This document shows positions 1 to 12,879 of a stretch of DNA of 58,013 nucleotides, piece by piece. The notes under the pieces were generated by a model. The model was given only the letters and a program-made list of their open reading frames with translations. It was not told the DNA's origin and searched no databases. Numbering within the stretch: the first letter of the stretch is position 1; each line of letters opens with the position of its first letter. Origin of the DNA: Octopus bimaculoides (Eukaryota); the NCBI RefSeq assembly GCF_001194135.2, contig NC_068981.1, positions 140,464,977 through 140,522,989 of the forward strand. The letters run 5' to 3'. The translations under genes were made by a program, and so were the position numbers.

Positions 1-297
1 ACCTATTTGACCATGATCCTATAAATCGAGAAAAAAATTTTAAAAAAGAGAGAGAGAGAGAGAGCACTTTGCTCTCATGTGTCTATTCCCTGCTGAGGTT
101 ACCATGGTCTTTTCCGTAGGCTTTTTCTCTCCATGGATAAACCTAATGTTACCCCATTTTACACAATTGACATTTTCTGTGATATACGATACCCCCTTTT
201 TTTTCTTTTTTTCTTGCCCCTACCGATCCCTTTTGATCGGATTTGTTAATTTTTATTTTACCTTTTTTTTTTTAATAAAGAAAAGCTCAACAGTTGT

Positions 298-341
298 ATT
301 TGTCCCCTCTGTGTGCAGCCCTGTGTGGCTAATAAAAGAAA
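298..341 (+). mobile_element. 3' tail fragment of SINE family B
   Basis: tttgtcccctctgtgtgcagccc...taataaaagaaa matches the tail of the full SINE B copy at 32522-32757. Confidence 0.65.
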
Positions 342-462
342 GTTATCTAATTCAACATAGAACGAAGCTATTGCACATTATGTTCCTGTTGCACTATAGA
401 AATTGGAAGTCTTTCTGAGTCACGTACTGCGACTTAACACTAACACCAAACGCTCGGACCAC

Positions 463-622
463 GGCCGCAAGCGTGGCTGAGTGGTAAAAAGCTTGCTTCT
501 CAATCACATGGATCCGAGTTCAGTCTCATTGTGTGGCACTTTGAGCAAGTGTTATCTATTATAGCCTCTGGTCGACAGAAGCCTGTGTGGATTTGGTGGA
601 TGGAAACTGAAAGAAGCCCGCC
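463..622 (+). mobile_element. tRNA-derived SINE family A, 5' half, running into (TA)n
   Basis: Head gtggctgagtggtaaaaagcttgcttc (A-box-like) and ccgagttcagtc (B-box-like), then ttgagcaagtg...ggaaactgaaagaagccc. Homologous to 749-873, 32490-32878 and 40605-41225. Confidence 0.85.
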
Positions 623-748
623 ATATATATATATATATATATATATATNNNNNNNNNNNNNNNNNNNNNNNNNNNNNNNNNNNNNNNNNNNNNNNNNNNN
701 NNNNNNNNNNNNNNNNNNNNNNNNNNNNNNNNNNNNNNNNNNNNNNNN

Positions 749-873
749 GAGTGGCTGTGTGGTAAGTAGTTTGCTTACCAGCCACATGGTTCCGGGTTTA
801 GTCGCACTGAGTGGCACCTTGGGCAAGTGCCGTGTGAGTGGATTTGGTGGACGGAAACTGAAAGAAGCCCACC
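749..873 (+). mobile_element. SINE family A, 5' half with an internal deletion of about 30 bp
   Basis: gagtggctgtgtggtaagtag...ttgggcaagtg then jumps to gtgagtggatttgg...gaaagaagccc, followed by (TA)n. Confidence 0.85.
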
Positions 874-899
874 GTATATATATATATATATATATATAT

Positions 900-956
<57 letters not shown>

Positions 957-1682
957 CAGGATTCGATGGGTAAATTGTCGCCATTTTATATTCTCAATTT
1001 CGCGTAGTCACATTGTTTGCTCTTGATTTTGTTCACAACTCAGTATAACAGTGTTTGGGCGTAAATCTGAGGACAATGCAGAGGATTCGGAATGAGTGGA
1101 TAAGTCTAATTGTGATTACGAAGGTACGCAGCTCGGAAAACTCACTCTGATCTTTCTCATACGAATACGACTCCTGAATTTGTTGGTGAGATCCAAACTA
1201 TGATTGACTACGAATCAATCAGGTCCATCACAGGAGATAGAGGGGATAATGCAACCCTGTGTGAAGAAGGTGACTGCTGGAAGACGCTGTTTTGCAATAG
1301 GACTCTGCACCATGCAACACAAGCAGGAGAACTCAGTTATGGTTGTCAGACTATTTCTGCGACCACATCACCCCTAACATCTGGCCACGTAACTCCCCAG
1401 ACTTTAACAGCCTTGATTATTATGTGTGGGACGCAGTTATGCGAGAGATCAACAAAACTCCTTGTAAATTTAAATATGAACTGAAGGCAAGTATTATGAC
1501 TGCATTCACCATCTCAAACAAGGAGAGCGTCCAGAAGAGTTGCTGGAGATTCCGAGGTCGTGGCTGAAGCGAATGACGATTTTATTGAATAAAATAACTC
1601 TTTGGTATTTCAAGACTATTCTTTTCGTTAAAATATCTGTTAAAAGCACATGTCAGTGTTATTTTCATTTTTGCGTAGTTTA
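957..1682 (+). mobile_element. Internally deleted Tc1/mariner relic of the DD37D (maT) class; right end lies in the gap
   Basis: Starts after TA with CAGGATTCGATGGGTAAATTGTCGCC. HTH-region remnant TPEFVGEIQTMID. Catalytic remnant Q*DSAPCNTSRRTQLWLSDYFCDHITPNIWPRNSPDFNSLDYYVW has D at 1301 and D at 1415, i.e. 37 residues between them. Confidence 0.88.
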
Positions 1683-2197
1683 NNNNNNNNNNNNNNNNNN
1701 NNNNNNNNNNNNNNNNNNNNNNNNNNNNNNNNNNNNNNNNNNNNNNNNNNNNNNNNNNNNNNNNNNNNNNNNNNNNNNNNNNNNNNNNNNNNNNNNNNNN
1801 NNNNNNNNNNNNNNNNNNNNNNNNNNNNNNNNNNNNNNNNNNNNNNNNNNNNNNNNNNNNNNNNNNNNNNNNNNNNNNNNNNNNNNNNNNNNNNNNNNNN
1901 NNNNNNNNNNNNNNNNNNNNNNNNNNNNNNNNNNNNNNNNNNNNNNNNNNNNNNNNNNNNNNNNNNNNNNNNNNNNNNNNNNNNNNNNNNNNNNNNNNNN
2001 NNNNNNNNNNNNNNNNNNNNNNNNNNNNNNNNNNNNNNNNNATATATATATATATATATATATATAAACAATATATGAGTATATGCATATATATGTACAT
2101 GTATGTATATACGTTCATCTACATGTACATATAGATACATACATGGGTACATGACGTGGCAAAAAAAAAGGACAAAATGGTAAACAAGGTGCAACAA

Positions 2198-2234
<37 letters not shown>

Positions 2235-2247
2235 CGTGTGTGTGTGT

Positions 2248-2586
2248 AGGGTAAAAACCCTCGTCAGTCATGAGGGATCATGGGACTGCACCTAGAAAGT
2301 TACCCTCCGAGGCACAAATCTGGGCAAGTTTGTTTATGGAAGACCAGCAGTCACCCATGAATGCCAGGCTGCCCTCTCCACGTGATTGATGTTATCCAGG
2401 GAAAGGCAAAGGCTGATAGAGCTTGGCACCAGTGACGTCAGAACTCAATTCTACACCTAAGTGAATTGGAGCAACGTAAAATAAAGTGTCTTGCTCAACA
2501 GCAGCAACACATACCGGTATAGGGAATCGAAATCACTACGTCATATTTGTGAGCCCGACGATCTAACCACTTAGCCGAGTGTCTGC
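2248..2586 (-). mobile_element. tRNA-derived SINE family C
   Basis: Minus strand reads ctcggctaagtggttag...ttcgattccc, ttgagcaagacactttattttacgttgctcc and tail ...cctttgcctttccc.... Homologous to 57244-57500. Confidence 0.8.
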
Positions 2587-4483
2587 AAACACACACACGC
2601 CCACGCATACACATACAACACACACACATGCACACACGTGTACGCTTGTATGCGTGCGCGCGCGCATGCGAAGAGATGTGTATGTATTATGAAGCCTTGT
2701 GTGTTTAATATCTACGTAATCGCTTTAGTGTACGTCTACATCTCTCACCTAACATAAGTCTTTTGTGGTTTTTACCATTGAGAGAGAGAGAGAGAGAGAG
2801 GGAGAGAGGGAGAATTTATGTTCCTGTATATAATGTCTCAATTCCGTCTCGTAGATTCGGTGAGTTTGATTTATTTCAACAAGCAGTGGCCCGATTGTAC
2901 AGTATTTATAAACATCTAAACACTGGCTTATTTTACAGACTACGCTAATATATACATATCTACTTTGATATAAGAGATTCTTATTGCTTCCTCTACATAC
3001 ACATCGTTCTCAGGTTTCTAATATATTTTCAATTAATTATTGCCAAACTTCAATGAAAATACTTTACCTTTTGAAGCTTTGACATGGGTACTGTGAAGCA
3101 CGAATGTATAAACACACTGTACCAAAGACCATACTGAGTCTTCAGTCTATTACTAAATCATTTTACTTTGGTAATCTCGATCTTTGCATTCTGAAGTCAA
3201 ATTCCACCTTCTGTCGCCGTTAAGAATAACAGAACGCACAGGTCTGCCGGGAAAAGTTACGGGAAATGTTATCAGTCAAAGAATAACGAATGTAAATTAA
3301 GTTTCCTTGTTTCGATGAAAACTGTGAGGGTACCTCATTCCCTTACATACATAAATACATACATACAAATATGCATAAAGACAGACTTACACACATTTTC
3401 ATTATCCGTTCATCCCCCATACACATGCCATACATACACGCATATGTATGTAACCACACACGTGCTGTTGGCGTTGCCTTTTCTTTTGTTGGCCTTTTCC
3501 TTTTCCCCTTTCCAACGAAGAACTGTGCACGAAAATTCAAACTCTCACATCTCACCGAGCGTCAAGAAAATACATTTCCTGTGTACATTTTCTTGTCGTC
3601 CATTAATTCAATTACTATGAGCAAAATCGGCACAGCTGGTATATAGTGAACGGGATTACTGACGTAATGGAAGTTATTGTTTGTTTGAACGTGAAGTTTG
3701 TATGAAAGTGCTTTCTGTTCTTAAGAAGGATCACAAAGTATGTATTTTTTCATTGTATAAGAAGGTATTAATTAACAACGGGTAAAGCACAGGATTTCTG
3801 CGAAAAATTCCTTTTAAGTTTATATCGAAGATTAGGTTTTTAAATACGCTCATCACAAACATAATTAAAAAAATAGAAACAGGTCATTTGAATCGGAGCT
3901 GTAATTTTGCGCTTGCACACAACAAGAAATAACATAATTCGTACAGAATTCTTACCTAGAATGTGTGCGTTTGTGTGTTTGTCTGTGTATGTGTGTGCAT
4001 ATGTATGCCAAAGTGAGTTATTTTATGGCATTCTATCGTTTGAAGCAGCAAATTTGTCAACTGGATCATATGGGATCATATGACTGTTCGTTAATTTCTG
4101 TAATTTTTATTTATCTATTTATACTTTGAAGAGAGCAGACACTGAAAGAAAGGAGAAAGTGAAAAGGTGACATTGACTCTGAAGTGAGAGTAGAAAGTGA
4201 AAGAGAGGAAAAAGTGAAAGATGTATGTACGTGATGTATATGTATAAGAGATGGACGTGTGCGTGTGTGCGTGTGCGTGAGAAAAAGTGAGAGAGTGACT
4301 AAATAAGTGAGTGAAGGTATGTTGTCATGTATGTATTTTTTTGTATTTATGTGTAAGTGGCACTCACACACTCTTTCTATCTCTCTCTCTCTCACACGCA
4401 TACAGACATTACGTTTCACATACACGTACATAAATATATATGCATATATATTTTTTGTATGCATTTGTGCGTCTGCATATGCA

Positions 4484-4546
<63 letters not shown>

Positions 4547-4563
4547 AAGAAAAAGAGAGAGTG
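4484..4563. repeat. (TG)n/(GA)n compound microsatellite
   Basis: Direct inspection. Confidence 0.95.
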
Positions 4564-4848
4564 TGTGACTGTATTACCTTATAATATATATAGAAATGGA
4601 TGTCTCTTAATGAAATTTATGTGGGTCTGGCTTATTTTAATATATTTATCTGTACATTTTCATAAATGTTTGTATGAGTAGAATTCTACGCATACCTGAA
4701 ACGGCGGACGTGAAACATTAGAAGTAAATCGAAATAATGCCTGAAAATGACCTCAAAATTGTGCGACCCGAACTCGTTTCCGAGGTTAGTTTTAGTAGTA
4801 AAAAAATGTTGCTGTGTCAAAAGCATAGTTAATTTGGTGGCCTTTATA

Positions 4849-5350
4849 TAGGATCATTCCATAACTAATGCGATTTTATTATACCTCTTTGACATTTCAA
4901 AATTAAGATAAGCAAAGTTCTTTTTAAATCTAATTTCTCTCATTTTCTCTCATTTTCTACAAAGCTATCAGGTAGACTTACAAGTGCCCTCTTCCAAAAT
5001 TCACTTCTCCGTGACAAAAAATACGCTTCCACTACTGTTCTGACCTACAGAATTAATAGTTTTCCCGTCCAATGATTCTTAAGAATGCAGAATAAATGGT
5101 AATCAGATAGGGCAATATACGGTGAATATGGTAGGTAGGGATCGTTTCTCCCTCAAACTACTCGCTGTAAGTCGCCGAGCATATGATGGAAGATGAAAGA
5201 ACACCTTTCGTCATGAAACCAAATATGGTCGTTTTTCTTCTAGCGCTGAATTGAATGACTAATTGAATGACCAAATCCAAGCTTCTCTGCAAGTTTCTCA
5301 ACAGTTACGATGAAATATTTTATGCCAATAACAACACCTTTGTGAAACCT
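4849..5350 (-). mobile_element. Degenerate, internally deleted mariner relic
   Basis: Minus-strand remnants TVEKLAEKLGFGHS and LPYSPYIALSDYHLF (equivalent to the mariner HPPYSPDLAPSDYHLF motif). A TIR-like end taggatcattccataactaatgcg sits at about 4849. Confidence 0.75.
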
Positions 5351-5415
5351 GTCCTGTTTGTAATGTTTTGCTTTGTTTTTGCACATTCAGCATGCATGCA
5401 TACATACATACATAC

Positions 5416-5429
5416 ATCTCTCTCTCTCT

Positions 5430-5506
<77 letters not shown>

Positions 5507-5536
5507 CGTACACACACTCATACACACACATTTAGG

Positions 5537-5590
<54 letters not shown>
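5416..5590. repeat. Compound (TC)n-(TA)n-(CA)n-(TG)n microsatellite
   Basis: Direct inspection. Confidence 0.95.
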
Positions 5591-5591
<1 letters not shown>

Positions 5592-7264
5592 TTTGGCAAA
5601 GATTATTACAACAAACCGTTGTCAATGGTGAAAGGGCACTCCTGTAAAATAACTAATTTAGATAATCCATTATCAGTCTGCCGTAAGTCAAGTTTGTATG
5701 AATACCTTTGGATCTATCTATAAAGAGAGATATGAAACTAAAACTCATATCATATGATATAATGCCTGCAAAAATGCATTACCATATATTTCCTCTTAAA
5801 CTTCAAATGTAAAATTTATATGGAGTTAAATGCTATTTTATAGATAGGAGTTAAACAAACAAATGAATACTAATTACATTTCGACATTAACGGATAATAT
5901 TTCCATTTAATTTTTGATAGAATCTGACTTTAAAAATTTATATGAGATTTAACCCTATTTGTTATTTAGGTTAGATAAATGAGTATATACTAATATCTAT
6001 ATATATCCTTATGTCCATCAATGAATCTCACATTAATATTCTTGATGTTTGAATCATGTATAAATATCAATGATTATTTAACTACCACCGTACACAGAGT
6101 AACATATTTTGATCGTACTCTTCAAAGTGAGGTTTCTTAAAAGTGTCTGAAACATTAAATAAGTTCCATCGTTCACAGTCTAGATTCATATCTGAACAGA
6201 GCTTTACTTACCAACCATTTAATTCTGAGTTTTGTTTTATCATTTTTCTGTTTGTCATTAGCTAAGATATTTCTGCATACCTGTATCTGGGGAATGATAT
6301 TTCTCAACAAGCTTTATATCGATCCACTCTATTGTTTTGTAATATGTATTGTTTTGGAATATATAACGTTATAGTCAAATACAGGAAATGCTCTTGTAAC
6401 ACATATATGCAATTCTGAATTTACTGATACATTTACAAACAAAATAAGGAATAATCTATTCTAGATTATTGATAAGGAGGTCTAGATTTCAAAGGAAGAT
6501 CTATTCTATATCTTATTTCACTATCTTTTGCCTCATATTTCCCATTTGTTAGATTATATTTGCTATACTGTACTACTGGCGATATATCTAGAGATTTTAG
6601 AAAAACATCATATACATAAATTTAAACATCTTTGCTTTATCTACAGTCTTTCCGTGTTGGAAAAGATGGAAAACCTCAATCAGACATTTTAATAGTACTG
6701 TGGGACTTCATCAGCAAACGAATACTCACTGTTAATGTCGACATAGGCACTACTTAGAAATACATTAGTTATAAGCGTTGAAAGAAACAGGATACACAAA
6801 GTTCGGCACGTTACGTTTGTTCGATTAATCACCGGACTAACTATAATTCGTTACAATGTTACATTGCGCTACATTTATTTAGAAAGCGGTCAGTTACCTT
6901 CACTTAATCTTTTACTAATCATAAGTCTATAAGTATTACCATTGTGACTATTTCACAACGCTTACTAGCTGCTTACGAAATCCAATCTCAGAATTCGTAC
7001 TAGACAGGTTGATACAGAATACATATTTTTTTTGTTTTACGAATATCTAATTCAATAATCTCTATAACAGCACAACATTCAAACAATATTGTCAATGTAC
7101 GTTGATCAAGGGATTTACCATGAATATGCTGTATATTACGACTTTACTTATATTGTATTGTATCTATGACTTGTGCCTTTATGAACGACAGAATATTTCA
7201 ATCTGTTAGTGGTAAAAAACACATTATCTCCTAATTTGATACATGAAATCCATTGTTGAGCAAA

Positions 7265-7345
7265 ATGGACTCTGTAGCAGAACCGCTAAGTTACGGAGAC
7301 GTATGCACACCAACACTGGTTTTAAAGTGGTGACGGGGGCAGGGG
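7265..7345 (-). mobile_element. SINE family A 3' tail fragment
   Basis: gcagaaccgctaagttacggagacgtatgcacaccaacac is the reverse complement of the tail at about 41060-41110. Confidence 0.7.
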
Positions 7346-8417
7346 CAACCACAGGCACAAGTCGTTTGTTTAAAACAATTATTATTCTTTAATAACATTT
7401 AGGTGACTGAGCGTAGCACAGCCAAATGTGCTCTTAGCGTAATTCTCAGAGAGATAAGCGCTGTACATGCTGAATTATAGATACAGACCACTTGGCGGTC
7501 GACTGTATCGTTTCTGTCTATTCAACTTCATTCACAACGTATGGCTTGGACTGAGCCTTTGGAAAATGATATGGAATTACATATGCGAGGTGCGTTATGT
7601 TTGTAAGATACTTAACAAAAATATCTTGATGGTTTCTTATATACGTTAAATGCACAAAAAGATCAACATTAATCCGGACACTTCTTGACGTACCGCATTT
7701 TATCTTGAGTACTAATGAGAAACTGCTGCCTTATTAACATAATCTATAACCCAGTAATGCCACCTAATGAAATATTATAATCCATAGCTGCATATATATG
7801 TTTGACAGTAAAAATGTTCGTCAATAGCTAGTATCAAAGGAAAGACACTATCGTTTTCCTCAAACCATAAAAACAAATTTTCTTCCTCTCATTTGTTAAG
7901 CAAAACACCTTTTCTCTCTCCCTGTAAGCAGATTGACACAATATCCACAGTTCATATATGGAGCTCCACTCACCAACCGATCAAACTTCAGGTCAAAAGT
8001 AAATCAAGAAAACCTCTGCAAATAACCAAGATTTTCAAGTCACTCTCAAAATTTTCGTTGAAAGAAAATAAAATAAAAATGTTATTCCACTGCGCTGTAT
8101 CGAGTGAAACTCCAATCTAATGTTTCACTGCTTTAATACAAAGCAACACAAAACAACATACATTAATATACGTAAGTACATGCATGCAGACATATATATG
8201 TCTGTTTGTTGACCTCTCTAACAACTATGTATCCGCTATATCGGAAATCTGCAATGGCTCAATAACTACCGTCTCAGCTATAACCTTTGTTCTCTAGTTA
8301 TCCGTTACAGCACTTACCTAGCGTACGTAATCTTTTAGATCACCTGTGAACTAAATCCCCATATTTTGTATATACACGCACACACACACACATACATAAA
8401 TATATATATATATGTGT

Positions 8418-8451
<34 letters not shown>

Positions 8452-8689
8452 ATGAGTGTGTGTTTGTTTGTCTACATTTGTACGTACATTCATATGTAGG
8501 TGGTTAGTGTTCGTGTTCGTGTTTATATTGAGACCCATTGAAGATAATCTCATATGACAATACGTAATATAGCATGCTTGCACTAACTATTACGTCATAC
8601 ATTTTGGATAACTGTAAAATGACTACATGTCGATGATGATGGTAATAAATGCCTTCCTTATCAATCTAATTGTCGTTGACACCATGTTA

Positions 8690-8815
8690 TCTTCTTCCTC
8701 GTCACCGTTGTCTTTATCATTACCATCACCATCAACAGCATTATCGCTGTCGCCGTCATCGTCGTCGTCATCATCATCATCATTAACATCAACATCCTTA
8801 TCCTCATCATCATGT
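8690..8815. repeat. Degenerate (TCA/TCG)n trinucleotide repeat
   Basis: Direct inspection; it explains the poly-Ser ORF. Confidence 0.85.
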
Positions 8816-9403
8816 TTTCACAAATCAACATTTAAATTACTCGGAGAATTACAAGGAGTTAAGGATCATTCATTTCGTTCACTTTGATAGAAATAAAAAC
8901 ATGAATTAAATTAATGCATTTAATCGTGTAATTGAATTTGTGGTACATAATGTCTTTAATTAAAATTGTATTTACACACACACACTCACACTGAGATGCA
9001 TATACATATATACATACACATATATATGCATATATACATATATATACATACACACAGACATATATATGAATATGTATATATATACATATATCAATATATA
9101 TATATATATATANNNNNNNNNNNNNNNNNNNNNNNNNNNNNNNNNNNNNNNNNNNNNNNNNNNNNNNNNNNNNNNNNNNNNNNNNNNNNNNNNNNNNNNN
9201 NNNNNNNNNNNNNNNNNNNNNNNNNNNNNNNNNNNNNNNNNNNNNNNNNNNNNNNNNNNNNNNNNNNNNNNNNNNNNNNNNNNNNNNNNNNNNNNNNNNN
9301 NNNNNNNNNNNNNNNNNNNNNNNNNNNNNNNNNNNNNNNNNNNNNNNNNNNNNNNNNNNNNNNNNNNNNNNNNNNNNNNNNNNNNNNNNNNNNNNNNNNN
9401 NNN

Positions 9404-9436
<33 letters not shown>

Positions 9437-11118
9437 CATGAATCTACGCATGTATTTACATGTCTGGGCTTGTGCACATGTGTGTGCATGTACGCCAAAA
9501 TAAATGTTTGTGTATGTATGGTTGTATGTTAATGTCCGTGTATGTGTGTGTGTGCATATGATTCGTATAATCTTGCGCCTTCATGTTATTCATTACAAGA
9601 CATTGGCACAATAGTGTAATTGGCTGATTGAATAAATTGAATTCCTGCTGAGAAAAATCACATTTGATAATCTATTCAATAGGCAATCAACGAATATAAT
9701 GAATCCTGTTATACTGAATTAAAACGAAATTAGAAAAGCAGCGAAAATAAAACGGAAAACAAAAGATGAAATATTATATAACAATATTATTATATAACAA
9801 CGCAATGCACGTATGTGTGTATGTGTGTATGCAACATATTATAGACAACGAAGCGTAAAATTCTTTTAAAACAGAAGCAGCGATTTGCTAAGTATAATTT
9901 ATTAGTAGTGCTTGAAAATATGAAGTTGCAGGTAATAACAGGATCAGCAGCTACAACAGCAGCACCAGTAAATACAACAAAACTAGCAATAATAACAACA
10001 GACTGAAGTTCGTATACTTGTGTATATGTAGACATTATTTTCGAAGAAATAATGAAATTTGCTTTATCAGACATGTATAGACTACATAAATATCTCCTCT
10101 ATGTAACACGAATCCTCTACAAAATCCAATGCTGATATATTTTAAGGATCTAGATATAATTTCTTCACAAATAAATGCAATTTAAGAGCACAGAAATTAA
10201 TCAAACAAAATTTCAAATGCTTCTATCTTCATCCTTTGTGAGCATTGTCATAGAAGTAAGTGGATAATACCTAGGATAAGAATATGAACTTTCATTATAT
10301 TCAGTTCATCATTATTGCTTTCATGCATCGCTGGAAGTCTGTTTAAACCTTATAGTTTAATATCAGTATATTTTGCAATTATTTCTCCCTACCAAATTGC
10401 ATGCGAATACTGTTCTTATTTCGACGATTATTTCTGAAAACTACTGATTATTCTTGTGGATTCGGATACTATCGATAGTCTTCGCTGACTGATCATAAGA
10501 ACTGTCACGAGTCGCACTGTCAGAAGTGAATCGATCACTTTCAACTGGTTTCTTTCTCGTGATATTGTGTACTGACTATGCGTTTGAAGGTACAATCTCC
10601 ACGTGGTATATTTCGTTGTCTCATTGTATATCAACATGTAACTGCTCTAAACTTATTACTCGAATCCTTAGACAACGGTGGTTATAGTTTTTTGCATTGA
10701 AAATAGAATTTCTCACCAGTTGCTTTGTGATACAAATAACTGAGTGAAAGTTTTACTTTTATTAAAATGTGTATTCCTGTCCTTCTAAACGTATGATGCT
10801 TACAATCTATCTAAGATATATAATGAATTCGCAAAGATTTTGTATCAATTTGCAATACATCTTGTTTACCTGCTGCTCGTCAACTCATAATTTGGGTGTC
10901 AACTGCTCGCTTTAGTCATTACAATTCCCACATTTATATAGATATGTGATTATGCATGCATGTATGTATGTATGTATGCACGTAAGTATGTGTGTGTATG
11001 TGTATACATACACACACACACACACGCACACACACACAGATATATATATATATATAAAATAATAATAATGGTGGCTTGTTCACAATTTTACAGTCACAAG
11101 GCAGAAATATAGAAGTCA

Positions 11119-11513
11119 CTAAAGTGACTGAGGGTAGAAGTTAGCACCAGTATTGCTAGAAATAAGAGTTAAATACTCATAACCACGGGAAGAACCTATC
11201 TTAACTGGCAAGAGAGGTAAGCTCCCTCACCGCCTGTGCATATCGAAGTCACAATGAGTTTGCATTTATGTTGATGCTCGTCAGTGACTCTCACTTACCG
11301 CTTTGGGCTAAACGCAACTCGCTTTGTCAGTTAGTAAGATTATCTTAGAAATGATACGCCTTATGCCACTCATTGTGATCTGGCAATGCCTACCCGCCAA
11401 CGAAGCTTGCCTGCCTTGCAAACCATTGAGATAAGTGCTTCTTGTGGCTATGAGTTGTTTTAACTCTTATTTCTAGCAATGCTGGTGCTGGCTAGTGCCC
11501 ACAGTCAGTTTAG
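11119..11513. mobile_element. MITE-like foldback element with imperfect terminal inverted repeats of about 85 bp
   Basis: ctaaagtgactgagggtagaagttagcaccagtattgctagaaataagagttaaa-tactcataaccac (from 11119) aligns with the reverse complement of 11428-11513. No TSD is visible. Confidence 0.8.
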
Positions 11514-11784
11514 CTACGCATATATATATATATGTATATATATAAAATATGGTAACGCTTGAACGAGTAGAAAAGCGCTCGATAATCTTTAATTATATAT
11601 GTATATATATGTATATATCTATGTGTGTCTTTGTTTTTCTGTCCCACCATCACTGCTTCACAACAGATGGCTAGTTTACGACCCGTGTCATCTGACTCTG
11701 CACTCTTGACTTCTTCTTTTCTTTGGGACCATACTGCATTTCTGATGCCGCCTGGAGAAATTCGTTTTCACATTTTCAATTTAT

Positions 11785-12660
11785 TGATGCCTCCAGTCAA
11801 GAAAATGTGTCGAAAGTACAGTAGTAATTATTTGTCGTTTGGATTTATTTCCTCTCCTCAGAACTGTCAGTCACCAATGTACTTTCTTTGCCATGAAATA
11901 TTGACCAACGAAGTAATGAAACCATCACGCTTGAAGTATCAGTTGGATGCAAAGCATTCTGACAAGAAGTACAAGCCGTTATACTTTTTGCAACTGAGCT
12001 CCTCTTTCAAAAAGCAAATACAAACATTCAACACACAACTCCAGGAAACTAGTAAACCAGTAAACAGGAGAATGATGGGTTGATTGCACCGTACAACATT
12101 GCATTGCTTGTTACTAAGTCTAGGAAGTCACACACAATTGGAGAAACATTACTTCGCCCAGTTATCGAACATTTCAAAACGTCAATTCCCTCAATTTCCA
12201 CAACTTGATTCTTTGAAAGATGAATTAGTTGATGAAGATTTAACTACATATCGCAACTATTTACAATCATTGCATGATAACATGGTGGAGCAATTTCAAG
12301 ATGTTATTGCGCTGAATATTCCAAATTGGTATAGCAATCCGTTTGAGGTCGATGCAGTCGATTGCGAGTATCACGTTCAGGAGGAATTGATAGAATTACA
12401 AAATGACAACGGTGCCACAATGTGATATCGCTGTAATGGCAAAGAAAGTTTATGGTACTATCAGGTTATATTGAATTCCTGTGGAAACATCTGAAATTAC
12501 TTTTCCTTGCGTTCCCTACCTCGTAGCTGGTTGAATCTGGTGTTAGCCATAAAAGAATTAGACTGGATGTAACACAGTGAGGAGATTGCGGCGAAAGTTG
12601 AAAAAGTTTGAAGCCGAATGTATCTGCACTAGCTGCATAGCACCAGACAATACAATCATT
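11785..12660 (+). mobile_element. Internally deleted hAT (Buster/Charlie-type) transposase relic
   Basis: N-terminal BED-like region CRKYSSNYLSFGF...MKPSRLKYQLDAKH and GLIAPYNIALLVTKSRKSHTIGETLL are fused directly to the C-terminal region NIPNWYSNPF...QEELIELQND...FPTS*LVESG...HQ. The catalytic core is missing and no TIRs were found. Confidence 0.82.
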
Positions 12661-12879
12661 AATTATTTTTGCATCGGTAATTCTGACCACTGGTTCATTT
12701 GAGAAAAATGGAAATCAGTGCAAAAAAAAAAATGAATAAATAAAAAAAGCGCAATTTTACCGAAGTTTATCTGTCTGTATAATATTCATCTGTCTGCATG
12801 ACATTTGAGTTACGTTAGAATTTTATTCATACTAATGGCCAAGCTAAACCTACAATAAAGGATTTGTAAACAACCGCAT

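Noticed and set aside
6650-6712. CUGAUGA...GAAA on the minus strand
   Set aside because: No stem II pairing closes onto GAAA.
6648-6760. Exon SFRVGKDGKPQSDILIVLWDFISKRILTVNVD
   Set aside because: It has a good acceptor but no convincing donor before the stop, and no recognisable homology.
8627-8887. Ser-rich 86-aa ORF
   Set aside because: It is a translation of a (TCA/TCG)n tract.
11245-11290. Hammerhead on the minus strand inside the MITE (CUGACGA-gcau/augc-AAAC)
   Set aside because: G12 is missing, there is no valid NUH site or palindromic stem III, and the match may be chance.
12755-12810. Expected hammerhead at the PLE 3' end (cagauga...aaacuucgg, minus strand)
   Set aside because: It is too degenerate: both core strands are altered and there is no stem II.
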